From: Peribolospora baueri
Lineage: Eukaryota
Length of the DNA stretch: 32,081 nucleotides
Direction: 5' to 3'
Assembly (NCBI GenBank): GCA_029717555.1
Contig: JAMDHS010000077.1
Coordinates: forward strand, 62,001 to 94,081
Shown here in pieces: positions 22,058 to 32,081 of the stretch (positions are counted from its first letter, which is position 1; every line of letters begins with the position of its first letter). A program made the position numbers and the translations under genes. The notes below the pieces were generated by a model that was not told the origin of the DNA, searched no databases, and saw only the letters and a list, made by a program, of their open reading frames with translations.

Positions 22058-23135
22058 CTTGGCAACTTGAGAATGGATCTGGGTTCTGGACGGACGGAGA
22101 AAGGAGGACGGTCGATAAAGGAGGGACGAAGACGATGGTGTGATCTGTGTGGGGCCGTGCGGGGCGGCGAAGGCGTGGGCGAGGGGACGGAAGCGAAAGC
22201 AGAGCGAGTGGGACCTGGGCCTGGGTGTCGTCCATCGCCGGTGGCGCAGCTGCATGGGTAACCACGAGCTGGCTCGCAACCCGTCACCGAGTCCTATCCA
22301 TTCTGGCCTGTCAGCGGCTGCGGGGATATTGAAGAGAGGGACGTCGACGACCAGCCGGGCCGCCGCACGCGGCCTTCCCATGCGGCTTTTCCGAGGGTCG
22401 CACAGAAAGATGATCGGCCGCCGACGTCAATGTCGCAATTCCGCGGGCCGTACCTGGCCATGTGACGCGGGTCACTAACGTGCTGAGACGGCCATACCTG
22501 TACGTACGAGTCGGACATCGTCGCATCCTCATGTGCGCCATTTCCGTCTCTCCTGCTCGCGTGTCTTCCCCCGGTTGCCCGCCACGGGCAGGCAAGGAAC
22601 GCACGCAGTCCAACTGTCCGGGCGAACCGCCGAAGCTCCGCGGCGCCCCCCTGAAATATATATTCGACTCCACCGGCGTTTCGCTGACCGAAGGCCGATC
22701 AGGGCGCTGGCGCTGCCGCTCGCCCTTCTCGCCTCTTCTCTCTCCATCCGTCCTTCCGAGCCTGCCCGATGGCCGCCGACTCTCCGTGCTCTCGGCCGGA
22801 CCGCAGTGTTTGGTAAGAGCATCCGGGCTGAGCAAACTGACGCGGACGTCGATCAAATCGATCAAACTTCCCGGACCGGCCTTTTCTGGCTCTTCGGGCT
22901 CGGCGTCGCAGAGCATGTCGTTCATTCCAGGAGCCCGGCCAACTTCCCCGTCCGGTGCGACAATTTTCTTCTCCGTCACTGACGCCTTCGAGAAGATGCG
23001 ATCCCTTCCCTGGAGGTGTACATAAAGGCCTATGTCGGCGGTCCGGGCCCAGTGCGCCCCCATCCACGCCTCCCGAACAACACCCTCCGCCCTTTCACTT
23101 GCGCTTGCAACCCTTGACCGTCACAATTGTCCACA

Positions 23136-24760
23136 ATGGCCGCCGATCAGACCAAGACTCCCCCGCCGCCCGTCGACCCCGCTGTGGCTTCGTCTTCGGA
23201 CCTCTTCAAACCCGTCAAGGTCGGCGCTTTGGAGCTCGAGCATAGGGTGGTCATGGCGCCGTTGAGTGAGTAAAGGCGAACGGTGATCCGCCGGACAGCC
23301 CTGGTCGCGAGGAAGAAGGTGGCGTTGCTTACCGTTGGCTCCCGTCTCGCCAGCCCGTATGCGCAACGAGCAGCCCAAGGGTATTCCCAAGGACATTGCG
23401 GTGGAGTACTACGCCCAGCGAGCCTCCAAGGGCGGTCTCCTCATCTCCGAGGCCACTTTCATCGCCGAGGAAGCGGGTGGCTACCCTGGCGCACCTGGGT
23501 GAGGTTTTGTCCATTGCCGCATCCGATCCCCATAACCCGACGAGCTTAACTCACTCCTGTGGCGCTTCCGGCCCCTTGCTTTGTCCTTTCCGTTTCACGT
23601 CACAGTATCTGGTCGGACAAGCACATTGCCGCGTGGAAGAAGGTCACGGACGCCGTTCACGCAAAGGGCGGTAAGATCCTCTGCCAGCTCTGGGCCCTTG
23701 GCTACAGCTCTCCCCCCACGTGGGATCGCGTGTCGGCTTCGGACTGGGTCTACGATGAGGCAGAGGGCGGTACCAAGCCCCGTCCGTTGACTGAGGACGA
23801 CATCAAGCGGTACGTCGGGCACTACGCACAGGCTGCCAAGAACGCCCTCGAAGCTGGCTTCGACGGCGTCGAGATCCATGGCGCCAACGGATACCTCATC
23901 GATCAGTTCTTCCAGACCACTTCCAACAGGCGGACTGACCGTGCGTAGCACTCTAGTGGGACTATGACGATGACCTTGCAAGTTCTCTGACCAACGTTGT
24001 CTCTGTCTCTCGTCCTTCACTCTGCAGGTTACGGCGGATCCTTGGAGAACCGCATGCGCTTCGCTCTCGAGGTTATCGCTGCTGTGGTCGAGGCAGTGGG
24101 CGCCGAGCGGGTCGGAATGCGTTTCTCCCCCTTCAGCACCTTCCAAGGCATGGCCGGTACTGGAGAAGGCTTCGTCCCCTACCTTGAGACGGTTGTCAAG
24201 GCTCACCCCAGCCTCGCCTACGTGCACTTTGTGGAGCCTCGCTTCAACGGCAACATGGAGGTTGAAACGTCGGACCCGAGCCATAGCCTCGAGCCTTTCC
24301 GCGAGATCGTCAAGAAGGCTGGCGGTTCCATCAAGTTCTTCTCCGCCGGAGGATACACACCCACCTCGGCCGTCGAGCGCTCCAACAAGACCGGAGACGC
24401 GATCGTCTTCGGCAGGTTTTTCATCTCTACCCCGGACCTGCCGGAAAGGATTCTCAAGGGCGTTCCTTTCACCGCGTACAACCGCTCCTTCTTCTACGCT
24501 GACACCGTGAGTCGCTCGTCTCGACTGAGCGCCGGCTCCCCCGACTCACATCTATCTCCTTTTTTCTTGGCTGTCCTTCTTCGCCATCGCAGGCTGAGGG
24601 TTACACGACGTGAGTTTGTCTCTCCTTTGTCCCTCCCTCGCTACGCCCAGCGTCGCAGACAGCTCGGAATGGAAAGCACGGATGACTGACTGCGAAAACG
24701 ACTGGGTTCGCTTGCCGCATTCACAGTTACTTGCCCTACAGCCAGCAGCTCAAGAACTAA
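23136..24760 (+). CDS. Old yellow enzyme family NADH:flavin oxidoreductase; multi-exon
   Basis: [114 protein letters not shown]..|[16 protein letters not shown]; canonical introns. Confidence 0.93.
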
Positions 24761-25602
24761 GTGTTCTTATTTTCGTCGTCTCGCACGCGTGGTGACTGAC
24801 CAGGCAGCCATAGGCGGCTGGCAGACCCGATCGATCGATGGACTGGCGGACCGGTTAGGACTTTAGATGACTCAGACGCGATACATAGATGTAATTTTGA
24901 GACGTATTACACGCTTCAGAGTGACGACGGCACACGTCTTCCTCATGGAGATGGAGGAAACGTAGTAGGAGTGCTAATCTGCGACGCCGGAGCTAGCGCG
25001 GATGGACGGCCCGAATTGCACTGCACACCTGCACAGCGATCGGTTCTAAACCTACAGAGCATGTTTTCGAATGAGAGCGGGCTGCAAAGGTAAGAGATAG
25101 TGAATGGGCCGGGGTGCTCAAGTCGAGAACTACTTGATTACCGGACGGACGACGTACAGATGCGGTGCAGACTATCATATCTATCTGCAGAGTCGAAGAG
25201 CGATCGTTGGCTCTCCCTTCCATTGCCTCGCCGTTTTGCCGTGCTTGTCTGTGGAGACAGAAAGCAAGCTGGCGTTTTCGCTCCGACCAATCCGAAGAAG
25301 CATTTGAAAGGATCATTACCGTGGATTGCAGCAGCACAGTCCAACGATACAATTCTAGAAGGACAAGAGCATGACAAGCATGGCACCTGGCACGGACACG
25401 GAGACCGACAAACGAGAGGGGTCACGAGAAACTCTATTTACTGGTACAGAAGACAGAATGAGGACGGAGCTTGAGTGATCAATTGCCAGGAGAAGGGAGG
25501 TGAGGAGAGATTCTGCAGACCTTGATACGGCGCAGGCCGGTGTCGAGAGTCGCTTGGCGAAATAGAGAGGGCAGGTGAGGGTCGGGGTTGGGTATGTACA
25601 TG

Positions 25603-26864
25603 TCACTGTGGTGCTTGAGTGACCTTGAGTCGGTCCATGACTTCCCTTGGCGAGAGAGTCGAAGGGGGGAGGCCTGGTGGGGGCCCGACGGCTTCCCAGT
25701 TGATTCCACGCATGGTCATGTCCCTGCTGGTGGTGGGTTTGGAAGCCTCAGATGGAGGAGACTTAAAAGGAGGAAAAGACCATGTCGAGACCACCAGCGC
25801 TGGTGTTCTTGCCGCCGTGGTCTCGACGTCATCGGAGACTCCTGAGGCGATAGCACTCGGCAGTGGAGTCCTGACCACAAGGGCAAAGATGATGACAAGG
25901 TCGCTTACTTGGACAAGGCCAAGGCCAAGGCCATCGCCCGACGGCCCGAGGACGAAGACGGAAAGGCTGACGGAGGTCCTGGCGGCAGGAACACCAACGC
26001 TTGTGGTCTCGACGTCATCGGAGACTCCTGGGGTCGAGAACACAAGCGTTGGTGTTTCAGAAGCTTTGGCCTTGTCATTTCCTTTGCCGGAAACATTGGC
26101 CTGTTGGTTACCCGATCCACGAAGAAAAATATTACCTGCATCAGCCTCTTCGTCTTCGGCCTCGATCCGTCGGGCGATGGCCTTGTCCTTGTCCATGTAA
26201 GCGACATCGCCATCATCTTTGCCTTTGAGATCAGGACTCCACTGCCGAGTGCTGTTTTCCTTGCCATCGCGATTAGGACTCCACTGCCGAGCGCTGTCGC
26301 CCCTGGGGTCTCCAATAATGTCGAGACCTCCAGCGTTGGAGTTGCAAGAACCTTTGGCCTTGTCATTTCCGTGGGCGGACCCATTGGCCTGTTAGTTGAT
26401 TGAGCTGGGGGCATGTCCATGTCGTCCTCGCCGCCGCGCCTAACGAGCTCGACGCTGTTTCCGAAATCGGGATAGTCGCGTCTGTTGACGTGGATCAGGC
26501 CTCCGACATTGGCGGTCTTGCCTCCCGCACCATCCTGGCAACCTACCCCGCCGTTTGCGCCGGCTGCAACGCCCGAGCCGCTGCCGATGCCGCCAGAGGA
26601 GTCCTTGCCCTTGCTGAAGATGTGGCCCAACGCCTCTTCGTATCCTTTTCTAACGAGGCCGCCGCTGTTGCCGTTGGCCATTTGGTCAGCGATAGCGTTC
26701 CCGGACTTGTTGCCCATGTCGTCGTCGTTTCCGGAGAAGTTGGACTGCTGGTTGCCGGAAGAGAAGGCAAAGATCATGTTGTCGAGGTCTCCTCGCTTCT
26801 GGAAAGAGGCTGGGTTGACGGCCATTGCGGCAACGACAAGTAGAATAAAGGAGGAGACCTTCAT
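25603..26864 (-). pseudogene. Secreted Gly/Asn/Asp-rich repetitive precursor with Kex2-like dibasic sites, disrupted by a frame change/stop and an internal inversion (3' end uncertain)
   Basis: Signal peptide MKVSSFILLVVAAMA, then FQKR, LVRK, VNRR, LVRR and IARR sites. Recurring GNQQ(S/A)N.SG..ND and N.NAGGL(D) units. The repeat frame changes near 26400 and contains TAA at 26394-26392 (N*QAN versus NQQAN). Segment about 25817-26032 carries the same repeat on the opposite strand. Confidence 0.6.
25784..26253. repeat. Nested inverted and direct repeats
   Basis: Imperfect inverted arms about 25852-25970 and 26141-26253. A 24-bp inverted pair 25990-26013/26033-26056 (1 mismatch, 19-nt loop). An 11-bp inverted pair 25784-25794/25817-25827. 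An exact 28-bp direct repeat at 25817-25844 and 26003-26030. Confidence 0.9.
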
Positions 26865-27569
26865 GACGAGGGAGGTAGCGTGCGCAGCTGAGAAAGGATG
26901 AAATCCGACAACGAGGTGAAAAGGTGAGAGAGGAATCGACGGGCAAGGTCTGATGAGGGATGAGAGCAAAAATTGAGTGGTAGCCAGGACTGCTTTATGC
27001 CTTCATGTCAGAGAGAGGGCTCTCGTCCGGACAATTCAATGAACGACGAACAAGGAACGACGGAAAGGGAAGGGCATTCCCCCCAGGACGACTTGCATTC
27101 TCCGCACGCGACGAGATGCAAGCCCAAAGGCGAGCGTCGACGAGATAAGATAACGCGTCAGTCAAAGAGGGTGATCCCATAGACAGCCACAAAAAGCGAG
27201 AGAAGCACAGGAACGGTTCCGTCCGTCCGCCTTCCTTCGGTGCACGGTGAGTCGTTCGCGTCCGCGCAAGCGGAGGGAGGGCGACTGCGTTTGAGGTTGC
27301 CTAGCTTGCCATGCGCAACGAGGATCAAACGGTCTTCAGGCGGGCAGGAGTGGCATATCGACGATTGCGTTGAGACGAGGGAGAGTGGTCGTCGAAGAGA
27401 GAAATTGCGGCGCTCCGGCGACCCGCAGCCGGCGAAGGGTCTGAGATGAGGTCATGTATGTACCGCAGAGCTAGACACTTCGCCGGCGGGCTATTCCAAG
27501 GCTCTCTCAGGATCCACCAAGGTCTTCCTCTTCCTGTGGCAGAAAGCGATGTAGCGCTCCAACCTGGAC

Positions 27570-28742
27570 ATGATCTGGCGACGTCTCTTTCATCTAGCTC
27601 TCTCGCCCCAGCACCATCAAGATCGCCATCGCGACGGGCACGAAGAGTCTCTATCCTCGTCCGCATCCTCATCCGTACCGCCGTCACCGTCGACGGCCCC
27701 CGACGACCGCATCCATGACGGGCGGCAAGAGCAAGCATTGTCCTCCTCGCGCCTGCCTTACCTTCCTCCAGAGCTAATCGACATTGTCCTGCGCCATGCG
27801 ATCGCCTTGGACGGACCGACGGGGACGTCGATCGTCCGGCTCTCTCGCGCCCATCACCGACGGCTGAACAAACTCCTTTATCGCACCGTCACGCTGAGCA
27901 CCGAAGAGCAGGTTTGCCTTTTTTCCGAGGTGCTGTTCCAGTGCCCAGAACTAGGAGCCGAAGTCTTCTCGCTTGACCTTCTCTCTCGCCCTTGCTCCCC
28001 AAGCGCGCCTGCCTCCGGTCATCAGGTCTCGAACCAGCTCCTCGTCTCTGCGCTCTCCAACATCTTTCCGTACCTCACCCGTCTCGCCCGCCTGCGCACT
28101 GGGAAGGAGATGACACTGCTCGTCGACCGACTTTACTTCTCCGCCCAAGGCTCGCTCTCTTCTCAGATGCCCTTTACCTGCACGCTGCGACACCTCTCCA
28201 CGAGCGGCAAGTACGCCACGCATTGGCAAGGCCTCACGCTTCACTGTCTGCGCTCGCTCGAGCTCGTGGGACTGCCCGCGTGGTCTCCCGAAGCCAGCTT
28301 CTTCGGCGGGATTGGCCACATCTGCGGCTGCCCCGCCGGACACAACAACGTCATGCCGTCCCTGACGAGGTTGGTGCTCGCGAACCCCTGCCGACTGTTG
28401 GGAGACGTTGGGTCCCGCACAGGCGGGAGGACCAACGCTTTGAGGTGGATCACATCTATCTGCTCCGAGGCGCTTAGGCGCCGTCGCATGTGTGAGTCGG
28501 GCGACGGCGCGCGTGGAGAAGGTGACGGCGGGCACCGGCCTCTGCTCATCGAGGTGCGGCTGCGCTCGGAGAACGAGCGGAAGGCGGTCCAAGAGTCGGT
28601 GATAAAGTTCGACGACGACGCCAAGGACAATGTGGTGTTCCGCGTAGTGGTCGACGAGACGCTCGCGAGCTTGAAGTGGCAGGACGAGCTTGCGCTCGAG
28701 TGGAGGAGGCTGGGATCCGGCGCTATTGTCGAGGCGCCTTGA
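27570..28742 (+). CDS. F-box-like / LRR-like hypothetical protein, 390 aa
   Basis: Long ORF with LPYLPPELIDIVLRHA (F-box-like start), LLYRTVTL and Leu-rich repeats-like segments (LTRLARLR, LRHLS, LRSLEL, LTRLVL), as in basidiomycete F-box-like families. Confidence 0.6.
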   Translation: MIWRRLFHLALSPQHHQDRHRDGHEESLSSSASSSVPPSPSTAPDDRIHDGRQEQALSSSRLPYLPPELIDIVLRHAIALDGPTGTSIVRLSRAHHRRLNKLLYRTVTLSTEEQVCLFSEVLFQCPELGAEVFSLDLLSRPCSPSAPASGHQVSNQLLVSALSNIFPYLTRLARLRTGKEMTLLVDRLYFSAQGSLSSQMPFTCTLRHLSTSGKYATHWQGLTLHCLRSLELVGLPAWSPEASFFGGIGHICGCPAGHNNVMPSLTRLVLANPCRLLGDVGSRTGGRTNALRWITSICSEALRRRRMCESGDGARGEGDGGHRPLLIEVRLRSENERKAVQESVIKFDDDAKDNVVFRVVVDETLASLKWQDELALEWRRLGSGAIVEAP

Positions 28743-29108
28743 CCTGGCCGGTTCGCTAGACGAGATGGAACGGGCGGGCGGGTGGTGCTTTCGCGGTTCA
28801 CCTCGCGCACATAACGTGGACTCGTTTCGACAATGTTAGACGTCGAGCGACCACGCTCTTCTTGCCTGTATAGATACCTCTCTGTACATAGATACCAGGC
28901 CGAGATAAGTCCAGTGCAATATTCGTGTCGATTGCCAGAGGTCATCCTACAAGGCGAATGAAGAAAAGAGGCTTCCAAGCGAGCTGGCACGGCCGCAGTC
29001 CAGATTCCAGGCGTCATCACCCCCGCCGCCTCACCGATCACTCGGCGGTCATCCCTTTGCGACACGCGACCCTTCATCGCAGCAACATCTCCTTACATCC
29101 TTGCTAAC

Positions 29109-30201
29109 ATGTCCCTTCCCCCTCGCTCCTTCGATCCGCGAAGGGTGTGCGTGCTCCCCTTGCCCTCGTTCCGCTTCCTGGCGGGACGGAAGAGGGAGGT
29201 GGGCGTTTATCTCAGTGGGGCGTTGGTGAGTCCGGCTTAGTGTTCGGTGGGATAGTCGTCCGTCATCTGTCGTCTTCGGCTTCGATGAGAGGGCAGGAAG
29301 GGAAGGAGCTCGCAAGTTGTACTGTGTACTGACATTTTTTTTCTCTTTGCTCGTTCCATCGTAGTTCGCACTTGGCTGGTGGTTCTTCATTGACGCATGC
29401 AGTGAGCACGCTCAGGCTCCCCTCCCCTCTCGCAAGTCGAGTCCGAGGCTCGCCCGTCCTTGTCTCTTCTCGTTTATCCCTGACCGCCCTTTGCCTTTGT
29501 CCGCTTCACGGCTCTTGTCAGTCCTCTCCGCTCGAGCGCGGCCACCCCCGGATGCCCCGTACGACACGGTGCCTGTGCATGTGAGCTTCGTGGACTGGGT
29601 GCCAGGGATCTGCGCAACGCTTGGCATGCTTGTCGTCAACGCCCTCGACAAGCAACAGCTCGCGGGCGACGGCGGAGGATTTTCGTTCGGCGGGGGCGGC
29701 GCTTGGGGCGGGGGCGATAGCGTGGCTTGGAAGGCGAGATTGCTACTCTTCGTCGGTTTCGCGCTCATGGCCGGCGGTCTGGCTGGCAGCGTTGTGAGTA
29801 TGCGCACGAGCACGTTGGTTGCCCTTCGTGCGATACTGTCAAGTCGGCTCGAATTTAGATAGAGCCCCCAGGCGAAACAAGAAGCTTACGGCTCGGCTTC
29901 CTCCATTCCTCTGCTGCGCTCAGGCTACCTTTGTGATTAAATACGTCGTCCCCGACTGGCCGGCTGGGTACGAGTACTACGGTGTGGCCAACATTGTCCA
30001 GAACGCAGCGATTATGCTCAGGTTAGTTTATATTGACAATTCCTCCTCTCTGTCCGAACGAGAACATCCCTTCTTAGTCGTTCGACGAGCTCACTTTTTC
30101 CATCCGTCTCGCGTCTGTCCCCTATTACCGGACGCAGCGCTGTGCTGCTTTGGATCGCCCAGAATGCGGAGTCGGACTACGAATATAACCTCACTCTCTA
30201 A
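29109..30201 (+). CDS. VPS68: Vacuolar protein sorting Vps68 (UPF0220/TMEM50 family); multi-exon
   Basis: GVYLSGAL|FALGWWFFIDAC, HVSFVDWVPGICATLGMLVVNALDK, WKARLLLFVGFALMAGGLAGSV|ATFVIKYV, YGVANIVQNAAIMLS|AVLLWIAQNAESDYEYNLTL*. Confidence 0.9.
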
Positions 30202-30885
30202 AGCGAAGGGAGGAAATCTGAGAAGGATTTGAGACGGGTGACTTTTTCGGTGGTCGTGCGACGACCGGCTACGCGCGAGTCAGTGGATGGGCTCGTGGAC
30301 GTCACCCTCCTCTCATCTTATCAACCCTCCACATGTCGATCAAGTTGTCCTTTCTGTTTCTACCCTCTCGTGCACAGTCTCTGTTGGTAATCGACGTCAT
30401 CCTTTCCCACCCCCCCGACATCTGGCTTGTTAGCCATTGTCATTTAGCTGACGCAGCGCTGGTCGTCCCCTCGCGCTGGCGTCGCGACCTGTACGGCAGC
30501 AAGACCTTACTTTTACGACTGCCGAAAAGGAAATGAGGGGGGTCGCAAACTGCCATTGCCACGGATGGACAGCAGAGAATGGACTCGTTGGCAAATACAT
30601 GTCCTGACCAGACTCGCCAGGAGGACGGGGGTGGGGGGTATATGATGGGAAACCGCTTTCGATTCCAGCCCGAAGGCTGACTTCTATGCATGCTTTGGGG
30701 TATACGAGAGGACTCAAATTGGGAAACAGACGGACGGAGCCGCGAACGGAGGACCGGGTCGACCCGGCCGAAGGGTTCGAACGAGGGAGAACGAGAACGG
30801 CCAGATCGAGACGGAACATGGCATTCGTAACACGAACGGGACGAGACGGGACGTGTCTCGCGGACTCGGGGTCGCCGCGCATCAC

Positions 30886-32060
30886 TCAAAAGATACGCTT
30901 CCTCTCCATTCTGAACCCGTGTCGCTGATCGCGAAGATGCCTCCTGAGCGCCTCCTCGTCGACGACGACATGCCTCTTGCTCGAGCTCCCGCCCACGCTG
31001 CCCAGGTAGGCGCCGATGGTGCTCGCAAAGCCGGCCTTGTTGTTCGCCTGGCTCGCGACCGACTTTCCGTTGGCAACGACCATGTCGGTCGTGCCCACCG
31101 TGGCCAAGCCGTAGACGTACGCACTGGAGCTCTCCAGATCGAAAATGGCCTGCTGGCACGTCGCGCCAGGGATGCAGGTCTGCTGATAGTTTTCGAAAAA
31201 GCTGTACAGGCCCGCGCCGTAGAGCAAGATGTCGGAAGAGTTGATGGCGCGGAAGCCCCAGGCCTTGGCGCAGGCGGTGTCCGTCGAGGCGCAGTTGGAG
31301 AACGTGGGGTCGTTCCAAGAAGCGTTGGCGGTGAAGGGCTGGGTGGCGGGGGGAACGCCCTGGTAGTAGGGCGTCTCGGTTTGGATCATGGCGAGAAGAA
31401 CGTTTTTGGCGTTGCTCAACGAGTACTGGAAGAGCTGGTTGTGTTCGGACGCGGTGCCGTACATCCAGGTCGGGCCTTGGGATTCGACGAGGACGCCTCT
31501 GCCGTTGTAGATGGTTGTCTGGTTGTGGAGCGTCGAGTCGAGGTCATGGTCCGCCGTCCAGATCCAGTTGTTCTCGAGGTATGCTGACGAGCCGGGGGTG
31601 AGATGTAGGTTGAGCGCGGCGGCGGTGCACAGAGCGGTAGTAAGCACCGAGCCGGCGAGACAGGTGCTGTCGCGAAGATTGGTGCCCTCGGCGCCGCCGA
31701 TACGGACGTGCGAGTCCCACATGCCCGCCGATCCTTGCGACGTCTGTGCGACGTTCCATTCCACGAGCACGGCCCCTGGCGTGGGACCCTGGGTGGAAAA
31801 GAGAAGGTCGGAAATCTCCACGACGCCAGAGTCGCCAGGCTGTCCGACTTGGACGACAGCTCGCAGTTTCGTCTGGTCGGCAAAGTTGGAGCCAGTGGCG
31901 AGGATGGTGGACCAGACTTCTCCTACGACTCTTGTGCCGACGGGGACTTTGATCGTGTCCGTGATGAGATAAGTGCCAGCGTCTATGAACAGGATCGAGT
32001 TGCAGGCCGCCTTGGCAAAGGCAGCATTGAGCGCGGCTGTATCATCGGTCTTGCCGTCGC
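30886..32060 (-). CDS. Second GH55 exo-beta-1,3-glucanase, last exon only (5' part beyond window end)
   Basis: After a TAG acceptor at 32063-32061: GDGKTDDTAALNAAF...EISDLLFSTQGPTPGAVLVEWN...GMWDSHVRIGG...ENNWIWTADHDLD...GTASEH..QTETPYYQ..YGAGLYSFFENYQQTC. Confidence 0.92.
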
Positions 32061-32081
32061 CTAGCGCGTCGATAGAAAAAA

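Noticed and set aside
22311..23063. 250-aa minus and 187-aa plus ORFs between the amidase and OYE genes
   Set aside because: No clear ATG-led domain or motif. The region sits between divergent genes and looks like promoter DNA, although a small gene cannot be excluded.
24993..25600. Several short ORFs with weak splice-like signals
   Set aside because: Could not assemble a consistent gene model or recognise any homology.
25784..26253. Repeats considered as transposon terminal inverted repeats or a CRISPR-like array
   Set aside because: The repeats are copies of the host gene's own coding modules. There is no transposase, no target-site duplication and no regular repeat-spacer periodicity, and the context is eukaryotic.
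30430..31587. Long alternative-frame ORFs (292 aa, 244 aa, 151 aa) overlapping the second GH55
   Set aside because: Shadow frames of a GC3-rich gene and its 3' UTR; no independent coding signal.

Overview
Intron-rich, gene-dense eukaryotic DNA from a basidiomycete fungus, probably a yeast-like lineage (inference from intron signals, gene content and HD gene architecture). The left end holds a homeodomain (HD) mating-type locus in apparent decay. An HD2-type gene (minus, 2992->1195) has an intron splitting the WF of helix 3, and its invariant Asn51 is replaced by Arg. It faces, divergently, an HD1-type pseudogene (plus, from 3307) with two single-base frameshifts in the N-terminal dimerisation domain and a deletion of almost the whole homeodomain. 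Neither is visible in the ORF track without splicing or frameshift reconstruction. Neighbouring genes are a partial FAM192A/Fyv6-like gene, a Whi5-like repressor, an MTH1-like Nudix hydrolase (GC-AG intron) and SLA2 (start codon split by an intron). Further right lie a signal-peptide-less GH55 beta-1,3-glucanase, a large mitochondrial PPR protein, proteasome chaperone PAC3, an intronless bacterial-like L-amino acid amidase/proline iminopeptidase with no ATG at the expected start, and an old yellow enzyme. The right part has a disrupted secreted Kex2-type repeat precursor containing an internal inversion, an F-box-like gene, VPS68, and the 3' part of a second, secreted-type GH55. All assignments come from motif recognition by eye; no database searches were run.
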